Shown here: in pieces, positions 33,189-44,302 of the stretch
How the letters are laid out: every line of letters begins with the position of its first letter
Position numbering within the stretch: position 1 is the stretch's first letter
NCBI GenBank assembly: GCA_047495785.1
Contig: JBLDXI010000033.1
Location: 1,798,001 to 1,862,000 of the forward strand
Reading direction: 5' to 3'
From: Lepidodermella squamata
Lineage: Eukaryota > Animalia > Gastrotricha
Length of the DNA stretch: 64,000 bases
Made by a program: the position numbers and the translations under genes
Notes under the pieces: generated by a model
What the model was told of the DNA's origin: nothing
What the model saw: the letters and a program-made list of their open reading frames with translations, nothing else
Database searches by the model: none

Positions 33189-35882
33189 TCACGCAGCTCG
33201 TTGTCCGGGCTTTAAGCTGAACCCGCCACCTGCAAACCGAGGCATATCGGGCCGATTTTGCGGAATGATTGGCGGCAGAGCACCGCCACTCGCACCCACC
33301 ACCGCGCCACCGGCCTGCTCAGCCGACGTTAGGGCTTTGTTCAACAGCCTCTCATCCACCGCCATGCGCTCCTTCTTCTTCTGAACGTAGTACTTCTTCT
33401 TCACCTCGGCCAACTCGCGGCCGAGTCGATCGAGTTCGAAACGAGATTCCGAGATCTGGCCCTCGTACATGTTCAACTCGCCAGCCATCGCTTTCATCTG
33501 CTTCGTTTTTTCCTTCAGAATTTGCTGGTATAGCGACAACTGCTCGGCGACCTCAGGACCCGGCTGCCTGGCGAGGATGTGCTTCAGTTCAAGGTACAAT
33601 TTATCCTTTTCTTGAACCATCAACTCCTTTTCAACGACCTCTTGCGTTTTCGTGATCAGCCGCTTTTGAAGATGCTGCGTTTTCTTGATCATTTCATAAG
33701 TCGATGGGTCTGAGCCTTCTAATTTTCGCCAACGGTGGACGTTCAGAGGGTTTTCGAGTTCCTCCTCCAGCGCCTTGCAACGTGTCCTTTCTTGCAATAG
33801 TTGCTTCTGAAGGTGGTAGACCTCGCGTTTCAACTCGTCAACATTCGCGACAGACCGTTGTAAGATGCCCTTTTCACGGCGCATCTTGCGAATTTCAAGC
33901 TTCAAAATCCTGATATCTTCGATTCGCTGATTGAATTGTTGCTCGCCCTTGTTCAAAACTGATTGTTGGATTTTGATCTTTTCGTACAACAACGCCAATT
34001 CATCGTTTCGCCGTACTAACTGGGTGCCCAGGATGTCACGTTCAGCAACGACTTGTTCGAGTTCCTTCTTCTGACGAAGGCGCTCAGCGTCCGCATCGGC
34101 GATGATTTTCAGCAATTTCCGCTCCTCCTGTTGCTGGCTGTTGATGTAAGCCTTAGTTTGAGCCATTTGCGACTTCAATTGAGTCAATTCAGCACTCAGC
34201 ATTTCCTTCTCATCCGTCACCTTTTGCTTTTCGTGATGCTCCTTTACGAGTTGAGCTTCTTTCGAGTTGATTTCCTCCTTCAGTTGATCGATCTGGTGGT
34301 TGGTGATCTTCAGTTTCCGCCGCATTTCTGTGATTTCATCCTGGCTTTCGATCAAATTCTTCGAGTACAGATTTCGATCACTTCGAACGGCCTCGTAAAG
34401 ATTTTGCTGTTGTTTCAACTTAGTCTCGGCCTCGGCGATTTTCTTCTTCAGATCGAAAATCTCCATTTCGCGGACTTTCACCTCCTCCATGTGCTTCAAC
34501 ACTTTTTGAGTTAGATCCGACGCCTCGTTGATGTAACGATCTCGTTCCTTCTCGAGTTGGTAAATGATTTTACGCTGCTTCTGCGCCTCTTCTCGGTAGT
34601 TGGCGATTTCCTGGTCAAGATTTCGCCGAGCTTGTTCGTGAACCTTAACCAAGTCCATTTGTTTCGAGGTTTGAGCCGCGGCTTTCTGACAATTTTTGTT
34701 CAAAACATCGCGTTCTCGTTGTAGCTCTTCAATCTGCTTCTTGTCCATTTCGTTCTGCTTCTTCGCGAGTTCCATCTCCTTCTCCAGGGTATTGATCTGC
34801 GTTCGGAACATGTCGCGCTGCTCGTCAGCTTCAGACTTAGCCTCCTCAACCTGTCGCAGTTTTCGCTGAATCGCCTCTCGTTGTTTAGTGACCTTTGAAA
34901 TGTCGGATTTCAGGCCATTAATATCTTCTTCCTTTCGACGCAACTCGGCGACTCGTTCCTGATTTTGACGTGCGAGCTCCGCAGCGGCGGCAGCTTGCTC
35001 GTCGTGGTCGTCCTGAAGTTTCGCTAAACGTTGCTGCAAAACTTCCATCTCTTTCGAAGTTCTCTCTGTTGCGATCTTCTGCTCGCGAATAATTTGCTCA
35101 TTTCGAGTCATGTCCAACTTGTAGCGTTCGAGTTGGGACGTAAGTTGACGAATTTCGTCTGATTTCGACTCGCAGTCAGCCTTGACGTGTCTGATTTCAG
35201 CCTCCAGTTTGTCTTTACGTCGAGACTCACGTTGGGCCTCATTTTGTTTCATAGTAATATCCTGAGTTAACTCAGTAATCTTGTTTGATAACTCCTGTTT
35301 CTCAGCCTCAGTGTTCTGGCTTAATTGAACAGCAGAGTTTAATTGAGATCGTAGCTCAGCGATCTGTTGAAGTTGCTCATCTCGTTGTCGAGATAAGTCT
35401 TCTTTCATCTTCAGCAGCTCATTGACTGAATGCTCTTGTCCTACAGCTAGACCAGCGCCTTGCTCCACAAGCTTTGACAAATTTGCAATTTCTGTTTTGA
35501 GTTGTTGAATGGTCTCTTTGGCACGCGTTTCTTTCTCGTGAGAAGCATCAACCATCTTCCAAGCTTTCTCAATCTCTTTCTTCAACGCTGCAATGGTTGA
35601 TTGATCCTCTTGAGATAACTTGAGCGCAGTTGAGACTTTGGCAGAGTTAGCAACGATTTCAGCGTTCAATTCACGACATTTCGACATGAGACGCTTCTCC
35701 GAGTCATGGCTCTTCTTGAGAGCGCGATGTAGCTTCTCGTATTCAACACGAAACTTCTCGAGGCTTTTATCCCCGAGAAGCTCCTGCATAACTTCATGAT
35801 AGTCTTTTTCCAACTGCTCAAACTGGCTGTCATCGATTGACACCTTCTCGGATGTTCCAGTTTTCTTTTCGTCACCCATCAT
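33189..35882 (-). CDS. CFAP58: Cilia- and flagella-associated protein 58 (CCDC147)
   Basis: DKSLEKFRVEYEKLH, LYEAVRSDRNLYSKNLIE, ERDILGTQLVRRNDEL, LENPLNVHRWRKLEGSDP, RFAGGGF; 897-aa coiled coil. Confidence 0.96.
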   Translation of the reverse strand: MMGDEKKTGTSEKVSIDDSQFEQLEKDYHEVMQELLGDKSLEKFRVEYEKLHRALKKSHDSEKRLMSKCRELNAEIVANSAKVSTALKLSQEDQSTIAALKKEIEKAWKMVDASHEKETRAKETIQQLKTEIANLSKLVEQGAGLAVGQEHSVNELLKMKEDLSRQRDEQLQQIAELRSQLNSAVQLSQNTEAEKQELSNKITELTQDITMKQNEAQRESRRKDKLEAEIRHVKADCESKSDEIRQLTSQLERYKLDMTRNEQIIREQKIATERTSKEMEVLQQRLAKLQDDHDEQAAAAAELARQNQERVAELRRKEEDINGLKSDISKVTKQREAIQRKLRQVEEAKSEADEQRDMFRTQINTLEKEMELAKKQNEMDKKQIEELQRERDVLNKNCQKAAAQTSKQMDLVKVHEQARRNLDQEIANYREEAQKQRKIIYQLEKERDRYINEASDLTQKVLKHMEEVKVREMEIFDLKKKIAEAETKLKQQQNLYEAVRSDRNLYSKNLIESQDEITEMRRKLKITNHQIDQLKEEINSKEAQLVKEHHEKQKVTDEKEMLSAELTQLKSQMAQTKAYINSQQQEERKLLKIIADADAERLRQKKELEQVVAERDILGTQLVRRNDELALLYEKIKIQQSVLNKGEQQFNQRIEDIRILKLEIRKMRREKGILQRSVANVDELKREVYHLQKQLLQERTRCKALEEELENPLNVHRWRKLEGSDPSTYEMIKKTQHLQKRLITKTQEVVEKELMVQEKDKLYLELKHILARQPGPEVAEQLSLYQQILKEKTKQMKAMAGELNMYEGQISESRFELDRLGRELAEVKKKYYVQKKKERMAVDERLLNKALTSAEQAGGAVVGASGGALPPIIPQNRPDMPRFAGGGFSLKPGQRAA

Positions 35883-36071
35883 GCAAATACTATTCCTAGA
35901 TAAGCAGAATTAACTCTTATGGAAAAGTAATCATGAACAATGGGGAAATAACTTTTCACAGGCAGAGACACAAAGAGAGAGGGAGAGAGAGCGAGTCAAC
36001 ACAGATTAGAACCCGGGAGTCTTCCGGATCGAGAGAGATTACTCAGTGTTCTTGCTGCCGCAGTCGACGCT

Positions 36072-36187
36072 GTTGCTAAGCAGTAAAGAATATTAATTTT
36101 TTGTATATTATTATAAATAAAATATTTCAAAATTTGGCGTCACCAAAATAAAATTATTTGGAGAACGAACAGACGTTGCCAAGTTAC
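36072..36187. promoter_or_regulatory. Putative RFX X-box motifs in the divergent CFAP58/LRRC34 promoter
   Basis: GTTGCTAAGCAG at 36072 and GTTGCCAAGTTAC at 36175-36187 resemble the RFX consensus, and both flanking genes are ciliary. Confidence 0.55.
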
Positions 36188-36299
36188 AGCGGCGCTCCGC
36201 CAGTTTCACTCCATGTTATTAACTTGAACTGATCCGCTGAGAAGAAGCAGCCTCTTTGGTGAGATTACTTCAAATCCCAAATATCAGTAGCTGGTTGGG

Positions 36300-36727
36300 C
36301 CCCTAATGCCTTAAGAAGTTACCCCAGATTTCCTGGAAGACTCCGCGAGATTAGGGCACTCCCAAATCTACCAGCATCTACCAAAATATCTCCGACCTGA
36401 AGTTTGCGGATTTTTTTGTTATTTCGCAGCGCAAGAAAGGTCCATCTCATCAAATTAAGGCTGCAATATGTAGAATAGACGCTTTCAAATACTCCTTCTT
36501 CAATCGCACTAGAGATGCGTGGAATAGCCTTTCTGATGACGTAGTATGTACCAATCATTCTAGTTTCAAACTATTTGTGAAAAACAATCCTGACGTTTTT
36601 GAAAATTACCTCCCAAGTGTGGTGAAGCGCCGTTCTCGAACAATGTAAGAGTTATGCGTGTGCTTCATTTTAATATGCTGAATTCAATGATGAAATTTGC
36701 AAATAAACGATACAATACATTACAATT
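36300..36727 (+). mobile_element. 3' remnant of a CR1/L2-type LINE
   Basis: Translates to CRIDAFKYSFFNRTRDAWNSLSDDVV...SSFK, the typical C-terminal SFFxRTxxxWNxL motif of these ORF2 proteins. AATAAA and an (ATACA)n-like tail follow near 36700-36725. Confidence 0.7.
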
Positions 36728-37011
36728 GATGTTAATGTTATTGGGTTCGATCCGGTGTCAGAAAGCACTCGTTTCGTTAGAAGAATTGTGACTGTTGGTG
36801 ATTGTTTTTCTCACCAATGGCGATATCGACCTACATCTTTGCTACTACATAGTATCACTTCTTGATTGGATGTTTATAGAGAGATGCCCAACGCTTCTAA
36901 CTGGTCCCGAGGCCTTGATGGATTACAGCAGTAGTCATTTCGCTAGGCCCAATGTTAATTATAAAATTCTTTTCTTTGTCTCTAGAACCGGTTCTACAGA
37001 GTTCTATAGAC

Positions 37012-38362
37012 ATGTCAATGTTAAATGATGTGATCGACATTTACATGAAGACATGCCGCAAGCAAGGCGTTGCAACTCACCCCTTCGTCATGGCTATGTT
37101 TGACTTCCTAGCCATGCGACGCAAACGCTCAAATATTCACCTTCAGTTGGCCGGTGACAACTATCTGGTCACAGTTCAGCGGATTTTCGACGCAGACCTG
37201 TTGCCTCTTTGCACAGTTCTGAACTCAACAACAGCTATCATCAGTCTTGATTTAAGGTACAACAGAATTACCGATCATGGAGCGGTGGTTATTTCTCAAA
37301 TGCTGGAGAAAAATACGTCGCTGAAACATTTATCACTTATGTGCAACGACATCGGACCAGACGGTGGTGCAGCAATAGCTAAATCTCTAATGAAAAATGT
37401 CACCCTCAGAAGTCTACAACTGACAGGAAATAAAATCGGCAAAAAGGGTGGCATGGCGCTCGCAGAAGCTCTGCAAATCAACAGCTCTCTGGAAGCGTTG
37501 GACTGCGGAGACTGCGATCTAGAAATTGACAGTTTGATCGCATTAGCCACAGTTCTACGCGCTAACACGTCGATCAAGTCACTCAATGTGAGCCGGCCTC
37601 TACTGACATCAGTCCAGGAGGAATCACTTGTTCATTACGGTGAAATGCTGCGAGTTAACGTCTCACTTCAAGAGCTGCATCTCGAGAAATTGGACGTTCG
37701 AGATTTCGGCATGGCTCGAATCAGCGATGCCCTTGTTCTAAATTCTCAGCTGAAGGTTCTTAATCTAAGAAAGTAAGCATTTTATTCCTATGTTTGGATT
37801 TTGGATTGACTTATGTTTTCACAGCAATCGTATAACCCGCGATGGTGCGTTGGTTCTCTCGAAAGCGCTCTCCATGAATTTTTCACTGAAAATTCTTGAC
37901 CTCGGAGCAAATCGGCTCGAAGACCCTGGCGCTATTCGCCTCGCCCAGTGCCTAACAAACAGCAACAACTGCCTGAAGTGCCTCATTGTGACATTCAATA
38001 ACATCAAGAGCGAGGGGCTGTGCGCACTCGCAACTATGATGCAGACAAACTTCTCCATCGACGAGATCTACATGTGGGGCAACATTTTCGACGACAAGTC
38101 AGCTCGCATGTTCGTCGAGCTGCTCGACAATGGGCGGATAAGCTACAGCAAAATCGACATCCGGCCCTACGAAGTCGACGGCGTGGTCTACGTCGCCGAG
38201 CTCAACAACCGACCCCGGCGGCACAGGTACTGGATGCCGTACTACGGCGATGACGTGCCGGAGGAGAATCAGGGCTTCGCGGATTTCGCGAAAATCCGCG
38301 GCGCCCCGCACGATGCGGGAGAAAAGCCGTCGAAAGCAGCGGCGGCCATCGCCGCCCAGTAG
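37012..38362 (+). CDS. LRRC34: Leucine-rich repeat protein LRRC34-like (RI-type LRRs)
   Basis: LDLRYNRITDHGA, LSLMCNDIGPDGG, LNVSRPLL..VQEES.VH, IYMWGN, DIRPYEVDG...AE, RHRYW.PYYG; intron at about 37773-37824. The start codon is uncertain. Confidence 0.85.
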
Positions 38363-40432
38363 TACTCTGCTGAAAAAAACAAGAATCATCTTTTCGATTT
38401 TAATTACGGATAATTAGAACTGTCTATTTTTCTGATCCATGATTTGCGAAAAAATAAAGCTTTACGATTGATAGTCTGGCTTTGATGAGTTTTTCTGAAA
38501 TGAGTAAACGATGATAACGGAAAACGCAACATCGCAATATTTTCATAACTCATATGACGCAATTTTCATTTCATCGTTCAGTTCAGTTCATCGTCACTAG
38601 TCGAATTTGGAAAACCCAATATGGCTTTTTGTTTTCCAGGCAGATTAACTTATTCAGAAATCTAGTCGGCAGATTCACGAAAGCAGGCGCGCCGATTCAA
38701 GCAAGGGCCGCACTACTGACTTATAAAACAACATACCCAGCCAACAACATGAAGCAACATAATACAGGGCGTCCATTTTACAGTGGCAATAATCTTACTT
38801 AGCAATTAAATATCGTTCAAACTAAGTACGTTTCTATATGGAGTACTGCGCATATCATCATTTGATATCCAGTTAGTGCTGCTATTTTAATTTTCTGGGT
38901 CAAATAATGGCTTATGCCTTACTATAAGTGTTTGCACTTTTTAAGCAAATTTTATGAATGGTGCAAATATTTTTCGTTTCAAATCCGATGTAACCGTTAC
39001 TGCTAATTAGCATCGATAAGTAACCATTAATTAATGGCAGCAATTTCCAGATAATAAGTGTAGAGCTAAAATGGAACGAAAAATGGAAGAATATTTGTAA
39101 CGATAAATTTTGTTTCAAAACATCAATCTCAGTTTGTGCGCAAAGAAACGCTGTTGGAAAACTTAGTTTTTATTTTCTGAAGGCGATCATAGCTTAAAAA
39201 AGGCTGAACCACTTCACAATACCAGCTTTAATATTGTTCTTCGCACTGTAACCTTGAACGTAAACGGTTCTCCTAATTGAAAATTTAATTAAGTCGCCCC
39301 GTATAGTCGCTATGCTATCTTTCTTGGCTTTGGGTTTCGTCGCAAAGCCGAAAGTGATTAAAATCCAGATCCGGAAAATGTATTCCTTAATATTCACTTG
39401 TTCGAGTGTAGATGATAACTCTACTTAGGCCGAAAATATATCCCCTTATTTGCTGTAGCCGCCCTAATGTTGAACACCGAACGTAGCTGAATTGAATATT
39501 TCGTACGCACGCGTGAAAATGACCTGTTAGGAAAATTCATGAGCTTATTATTTGAAAATCCTGAAATTTATCGAGTTCTTCGTCCTCCTCAATTCCTCCA
39601 ATCTCTTTTTAACAATGAGTGAATCATCTAATGACCAGACAGTGCGACGCATCGCTGTTTAATTGCTATTTCAGATTACCTAGAGAATGCAAAAACTACT
39701 CGCAAAAGTGGGTCAGCTGCAGAAAAGAATGATATGCGCAGTACGCAGTATAATCTCCATTGCCACTGTAAAAAAGACACCCTGTACAACATGGACGTTA
39801 CTCGGCCGCGATACAAGGCCGCAATGCGTGGCATAGCTCGTCTCTGAGTTGCGAGCAACTGGCCATATCCAGAGGAAGATTTATTAGGTTGATGATGATC
39901 CCAAGCATGAGAGCGGAGGGGTTCGTACACCACACATACTGTAATGCGGAATTTCAGTGGTAGGGTGGCTGAACGGGGCGAACACAAATAACCAAGGCTA
40001 GCGGAATCAGAACGTGCCGAATTTGTAGCGTGTACAAGTGGTAAGTCATTACGACAGCTTGGGCCGCGTTCACGTCAACGCCAGCCGGCGGCTGCATAGG
40101 CTGGACATGCGCCGGTCTTGAAAATGGGCGTTCTATATTCAAAATATAGACACACCTAAATCTATATTTCGGATTTAGAACAGAAATATTCCCTTTCTCG
40201 TATCGCGCGCTGTATAACCGAAGACCGAAGTGAACCCTAACATGTCATATTCTTAATGGCTGGATATTTATTTGCAAGCCCTGCAATCAGCCCTAATCAA
40301 ATGAATTGATAGTGATAGCATGCAAATAATACCCCACACCACGCATAGCTCACTGATAACTTGAAATATGTGTTGCAGGTTATCGTCCAACCATCATCTC
40401 TCCTCGTCGTAGCCTCATTCATTACCAGAGGG

Positions 40433-40748
40433 TTAGAAGCTTGTCTTGACGGCGTACAGTCGAGAACTTTCTTTTGCTTGTGATGCTCGCCCTTCGCCTC
40501 CAGTCACAGCCTTGACTGCGCCCTTTACAGCGCTCGACAGACCATTATGGTGCCCGCTATGGCTATTATGGCTATTATGGCTACGGCTATTTCCGCGGGC
40601 CGTTTCCTCGAAGGCTGGCTGAGCATTGTCGTCTGCGTTCGCAGTCCAAGCAGCCAAGAGTGTCTGTAATACAATAAAGAATTTGGAAGCTCTCATGCAT
40701 ATTAAGGATATCAACCACTAGCATGACGGCGACCAACAGGTTGTTCAT
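40433..40748 (-). CDS. Small orphan secreted peptide (87 aa, His/Ser/Asn-rich)
   Basis: Exons 40716-40748 and 40433-40663 splice in frame: MNNLLVAVMLVTLLAAWTANA-DDNAQP...SHNSHNSHSGHH...KTSF*. Confidence 0.65.
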
Positions 40749-41299
40749 AATGATGGTGGTAGAAAAATATAGCAGAACCAGTTGAAATATAAAGAAAATG
40801 TGAAGATATTAACTTTTAGCTGCTACGATCAGCTTATATCGGCTCAACAGTACGTGATATTGCCAACTGAGCTAACGATGTTCCTGTGAAAACAAAGGGA
40901 AACAACGTCACAAGTCACACGGCATTCAGTTAGCGGGTTTAAATTAAATGTTTCGAGCTTTTACTCATCAGGCAGCAACGGAATGCCCAGGCCAGCAGAC
41001 TATTGACGCTTAGCCTTCAATTTATCGCATTGCTGGCAATGCAGCTTCGCCTCTATACGTAATGACAGACTCCATTGTTTGCTCAGGTTCTGAAAAGTTC
41101 TTTTTTGTCAATTTTGCTCGTTTTTATTACGACATGAACATCCTCCTAATTCCTTCTTCAGATACGTCAGATACGGCAGACAACTGATTTCATGATAAAT
41201 AATAAATTGATTAAGTGATTGCTATACTTACCTATGATTGCTATATCATATAACGGTAATCTTATTTCTAATTATTACCATCTTAAACTTACCAAGGAT

Positions 41300-42400
41300 A
41301 TGATTCGAGGGAGCTCCTGGAAATTTCGGCTAAGAATCAGTTACTCCAGATTGATGGACAGCTATACGAACAAGTGGATGGTGTGGTGATGGGATCCCCG
41401 TTAGGTCCACTTCTAGCGACTGTTTTCATGAGTCATCTTGAAGAAATTCTCTCAGAACACGACGAAATACCAAGAAACTATCGGAGATATATGTTGATGA
41501 CACCTTTTGTATCATGCCTTCGAGACAAGCAGCGGAAACATTCAATTCGATACTAAATGATCTTCATCCGGCACTCAAATTCACAATGGAAACTGAATAT
41601 GAACATGGAATAGCGTTCTGTGGAATAGCCATCAAGAAAGGCGAATCGGACAAGCTGGATACTAGCGTCTACAAGAAACCGAGTGATACGGTCTACTTCT
41701 TCATTTCCATTCACACGCCGATCCGAAATATAAACATAGCCTTCAACAACAATGCTTAATAGGGCATATACCGTCTCTCTTCTAATTGGAACTACGTGGA
41801 AGTCTCTCGTCTTAGGAAAAATTTCTCGATCTCAAGTACCCTAAGTATCAATTTGAAAACGCAGTTGCGAAATATTTGGATAAAAAACTAACGCCAACAA
41901 CTATTGAACCAGAAACTAGAAAAGCTCAAGCGATTAAGATAGTTATTCCTTATGTCGACGAAGCGTCATCCCATTCCGTAATAAATAAATAAATAAATAA
42001 ATAAAGTCAATTCCGAAATCCAGCCCATCTTTAAAAGTAGGAAAATTATCGAACGATTTGGAGCGAAAGAACCCAAGCTGCCACTTATCAATACTCAATG
42101 CGTGGTGTACGAATACAAATGTGGCCAGTGCGAAGCTGGCTATGTCGGTATGACGACACGGCATCTGCACCAGCGCGTTGATGAGCATAAGAAAAGCAAG
42201 GTTGGAACCCATCACCAAGCCTATGCACACGATGTGGAACAAATCGATTCCTTTTTTAAAGTAGTTGATAAATTTAACTTCAAGTTCGACTGCCTGGTAC
42301 AAGAAATGCTGGTAATCAAAGAAAAGAAGCCCTCTATCAATACTCGAAAAGATTCGATTCGCGCTAAGCTATTTACTGGTTAAAAAATCTACCCTAATTC
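41300..42400 (+). mobile_element. Degraded, 5'-truncated Penelope-like retroelement (RT plus GIY-YIG endonuclease)
   Basis: YEQVDGVVMGSPLGPLLA, frameshifted RYVDDTF, LHPALKFTMETE, TSVYKKP and VVYEYKCGQCEAGYVGMTTRHLHQRVDEH. Frameshifts and a (TAAA)n expansion at about 41980-42005. Confidence 0.92.
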
Positions 42401-42684
42401 GTAAATGTTATTGACGATTGGGGCAAAAAGTGTTGCATGGCGCGGAGGCGAACTTTGACCCTGCTGATTTGGTAGCCATCATCTTAAACGTCATAACTGA
42501 AACAGAACTCTCGGATGAGTCATAGGAAACCTTGAATACGCAACATCTCTTGTTTTACTGTCTTGAGAAATAACTGGATAAATCAAGCAAGACTATCGCA
42601 ACGAATGGTATCACAATTTTTCTCAAGCAAAGTTCTTTAGCATTGCGCATTAGTGCTCATCTTCTCTTTGGATGTGGCTTTCAT

Positions 42685-44034
42685 TTAGGCGGTCTTGACG
42701 GTGACGGGCTTGACGGCGTTGGCGTGGCAGTTGACGCCGTTGATGCCGCCGAAGGCCTGGACGGCGGCGTTGAAGCCTCCGAAGGCGGGCAGCTTGTTGT
42801 ACAGCTCGGACATGGTCGGGCACTTGGCGATCTCCTCGGTGGTCATCTTCGGCAGCTGGCACTCGACGACGAGGTGGCCCTCCTGGGTCAGGCACGACTT
42901 GAGCTCAACCTTGGTCAGGTCGATCTTGGCAAGGGTCTAGAATGATGGAATTAACATTTAAATAAGTGATGACTGAAGGTTCAATGATTTACTAACCTCG
43001 GGCAGGACGAACTTGCGCGAGTACTTGCGGGCGACGGTGTGCTCCTTGCCGTCCTTGGCCTCGTGGGCAGCCTCGACGACGACGGCGCGCTCGGCCTTGT
43101 TCAGGGTGACGGTGACTTCCTCAGGCTTGAAGCCCTTGAGCTCGAAGGCGAGGTACAGCTGGCGGTTGCCCTCGACGTCGATCATGCGGATCGGGTTGGT
43201 CAGGGTGTAGAGCTCGACCTCGGAGGACGGGCGGAAGGCGATGTTGTACAGCTTGTTGTCAGCCGACAGGGTGTTCGACCAGGTGTTGGCACCGAAAGAG
43301 CCGAAGGTGGTCGGGTAGTTGATGCCACCGAAGCGCTCGAACGAGCCGGTCCAGTTGTTGGCGCGGCGGGCAGCGTTCCAGGTGTTGGGGGCAGCACCGA
43401 AGCGCGACTCGGCGACGCGGGCGGCGATGACGTAGCACTGCTTGGCGCAGACGTCGGCGAAGAGCTCGGCGCCGATGCGGGCGGCGAACTCGGCGGTGTA
43501 GATGGCACCCAGGCGCTGGGCGATGATGGCACCCAGTTCGGCGCCGTGCTCGGCTCCGAAGGTGTAGCACCAGCGAGCGCACTGCTCGACCGGCCAGCCG
43601 TTGACGAGCTTGACGGCGAGCTCGGCACCCAGCTTGGCGCACATCTCGGCTCCCCACTGGGCGCCGATGCGGACGGCCACCTCCTGGCCGACGAAGGTGT
43701 TGAGGCGGGCGGCGACGATGGCGGCCAGCTGGGCACCGCACTCGGCACCGAAGACGCGGCCGGTCTCGGCTCCGCACTCGATCGGCGAGGCAGCAGCGCC
43801 AGCGAACAGGGCGGCGTTGTTGTAGGCGATCGGGGACGAGGCGAAGGCGTTGACGTTGTGGATGCCAGCGGCGGCGAACGGGGTCGGGACGGCGGCGTTG
43901 AGGAGGCTGCGCTCAACAGACGACGGCGAGTAGATGTCGACCTTGTTGCGGAGCAGGCTCTCGACGTTGATCGGGCTGGTGTATCCAGCAGCAGCGGCGA
44001 AGGTCGAGGGGATCGAGGTGTAAGAGCAGGCCAT
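42685..44034 (-). CDS. Large small-heat-shock protein (alpha-crystallin domain) with a duplicated GAExG-rich N-terminal domain
   Basis: Exons 42997-44034 and 42685-42936. ACD: LAFELKGFKPEEVTVTL...VVVEAAHEAK...RKYSRKFVLPE...LKSCLTQEGHLVVECQLP; C-terminal VTV motif; TATAAA at 44145-44150. Confidence 0.88.
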
Positions 44035-44302
44035 TTTGAAGTTAGAGGATGATCAAAACACGAACGAAAATGAAAGCGAGAAGATTGCTATGAGCTTTAA
44101 ATTGCAAAAGCAGGTGATGATTAAATCGAGAAAATAAATCGCAATTTATAGGCCCTGTGCCACGCGATCAAGGTTCACAAACACAGACCCTTATCGGCTC
44201 GTGCTTTTAGATCACACGCGACTCAAATACCTTGTGAGGCACGAGAACATTTGAACGACTTCATCGTTTTTTCATGATTTTTTATGGCGCTCAGTTACTG
44301 CA

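Noticed and set aside
42505-42535. Hammerhead ribozyme after the Penelope element (CGGATGAG...GAAAC)
   Set aside because: The core deviates from CUGANGA and stems II/III do not pair; at best a decayed relic.
43039-44052. 337-aa plus-strand ORF and other overlapping ORFs over the sHSP
   Set aside because: Antisense shadows produced by strong codon bias; the minus-strand frame carries the alpha-crystallin domain.
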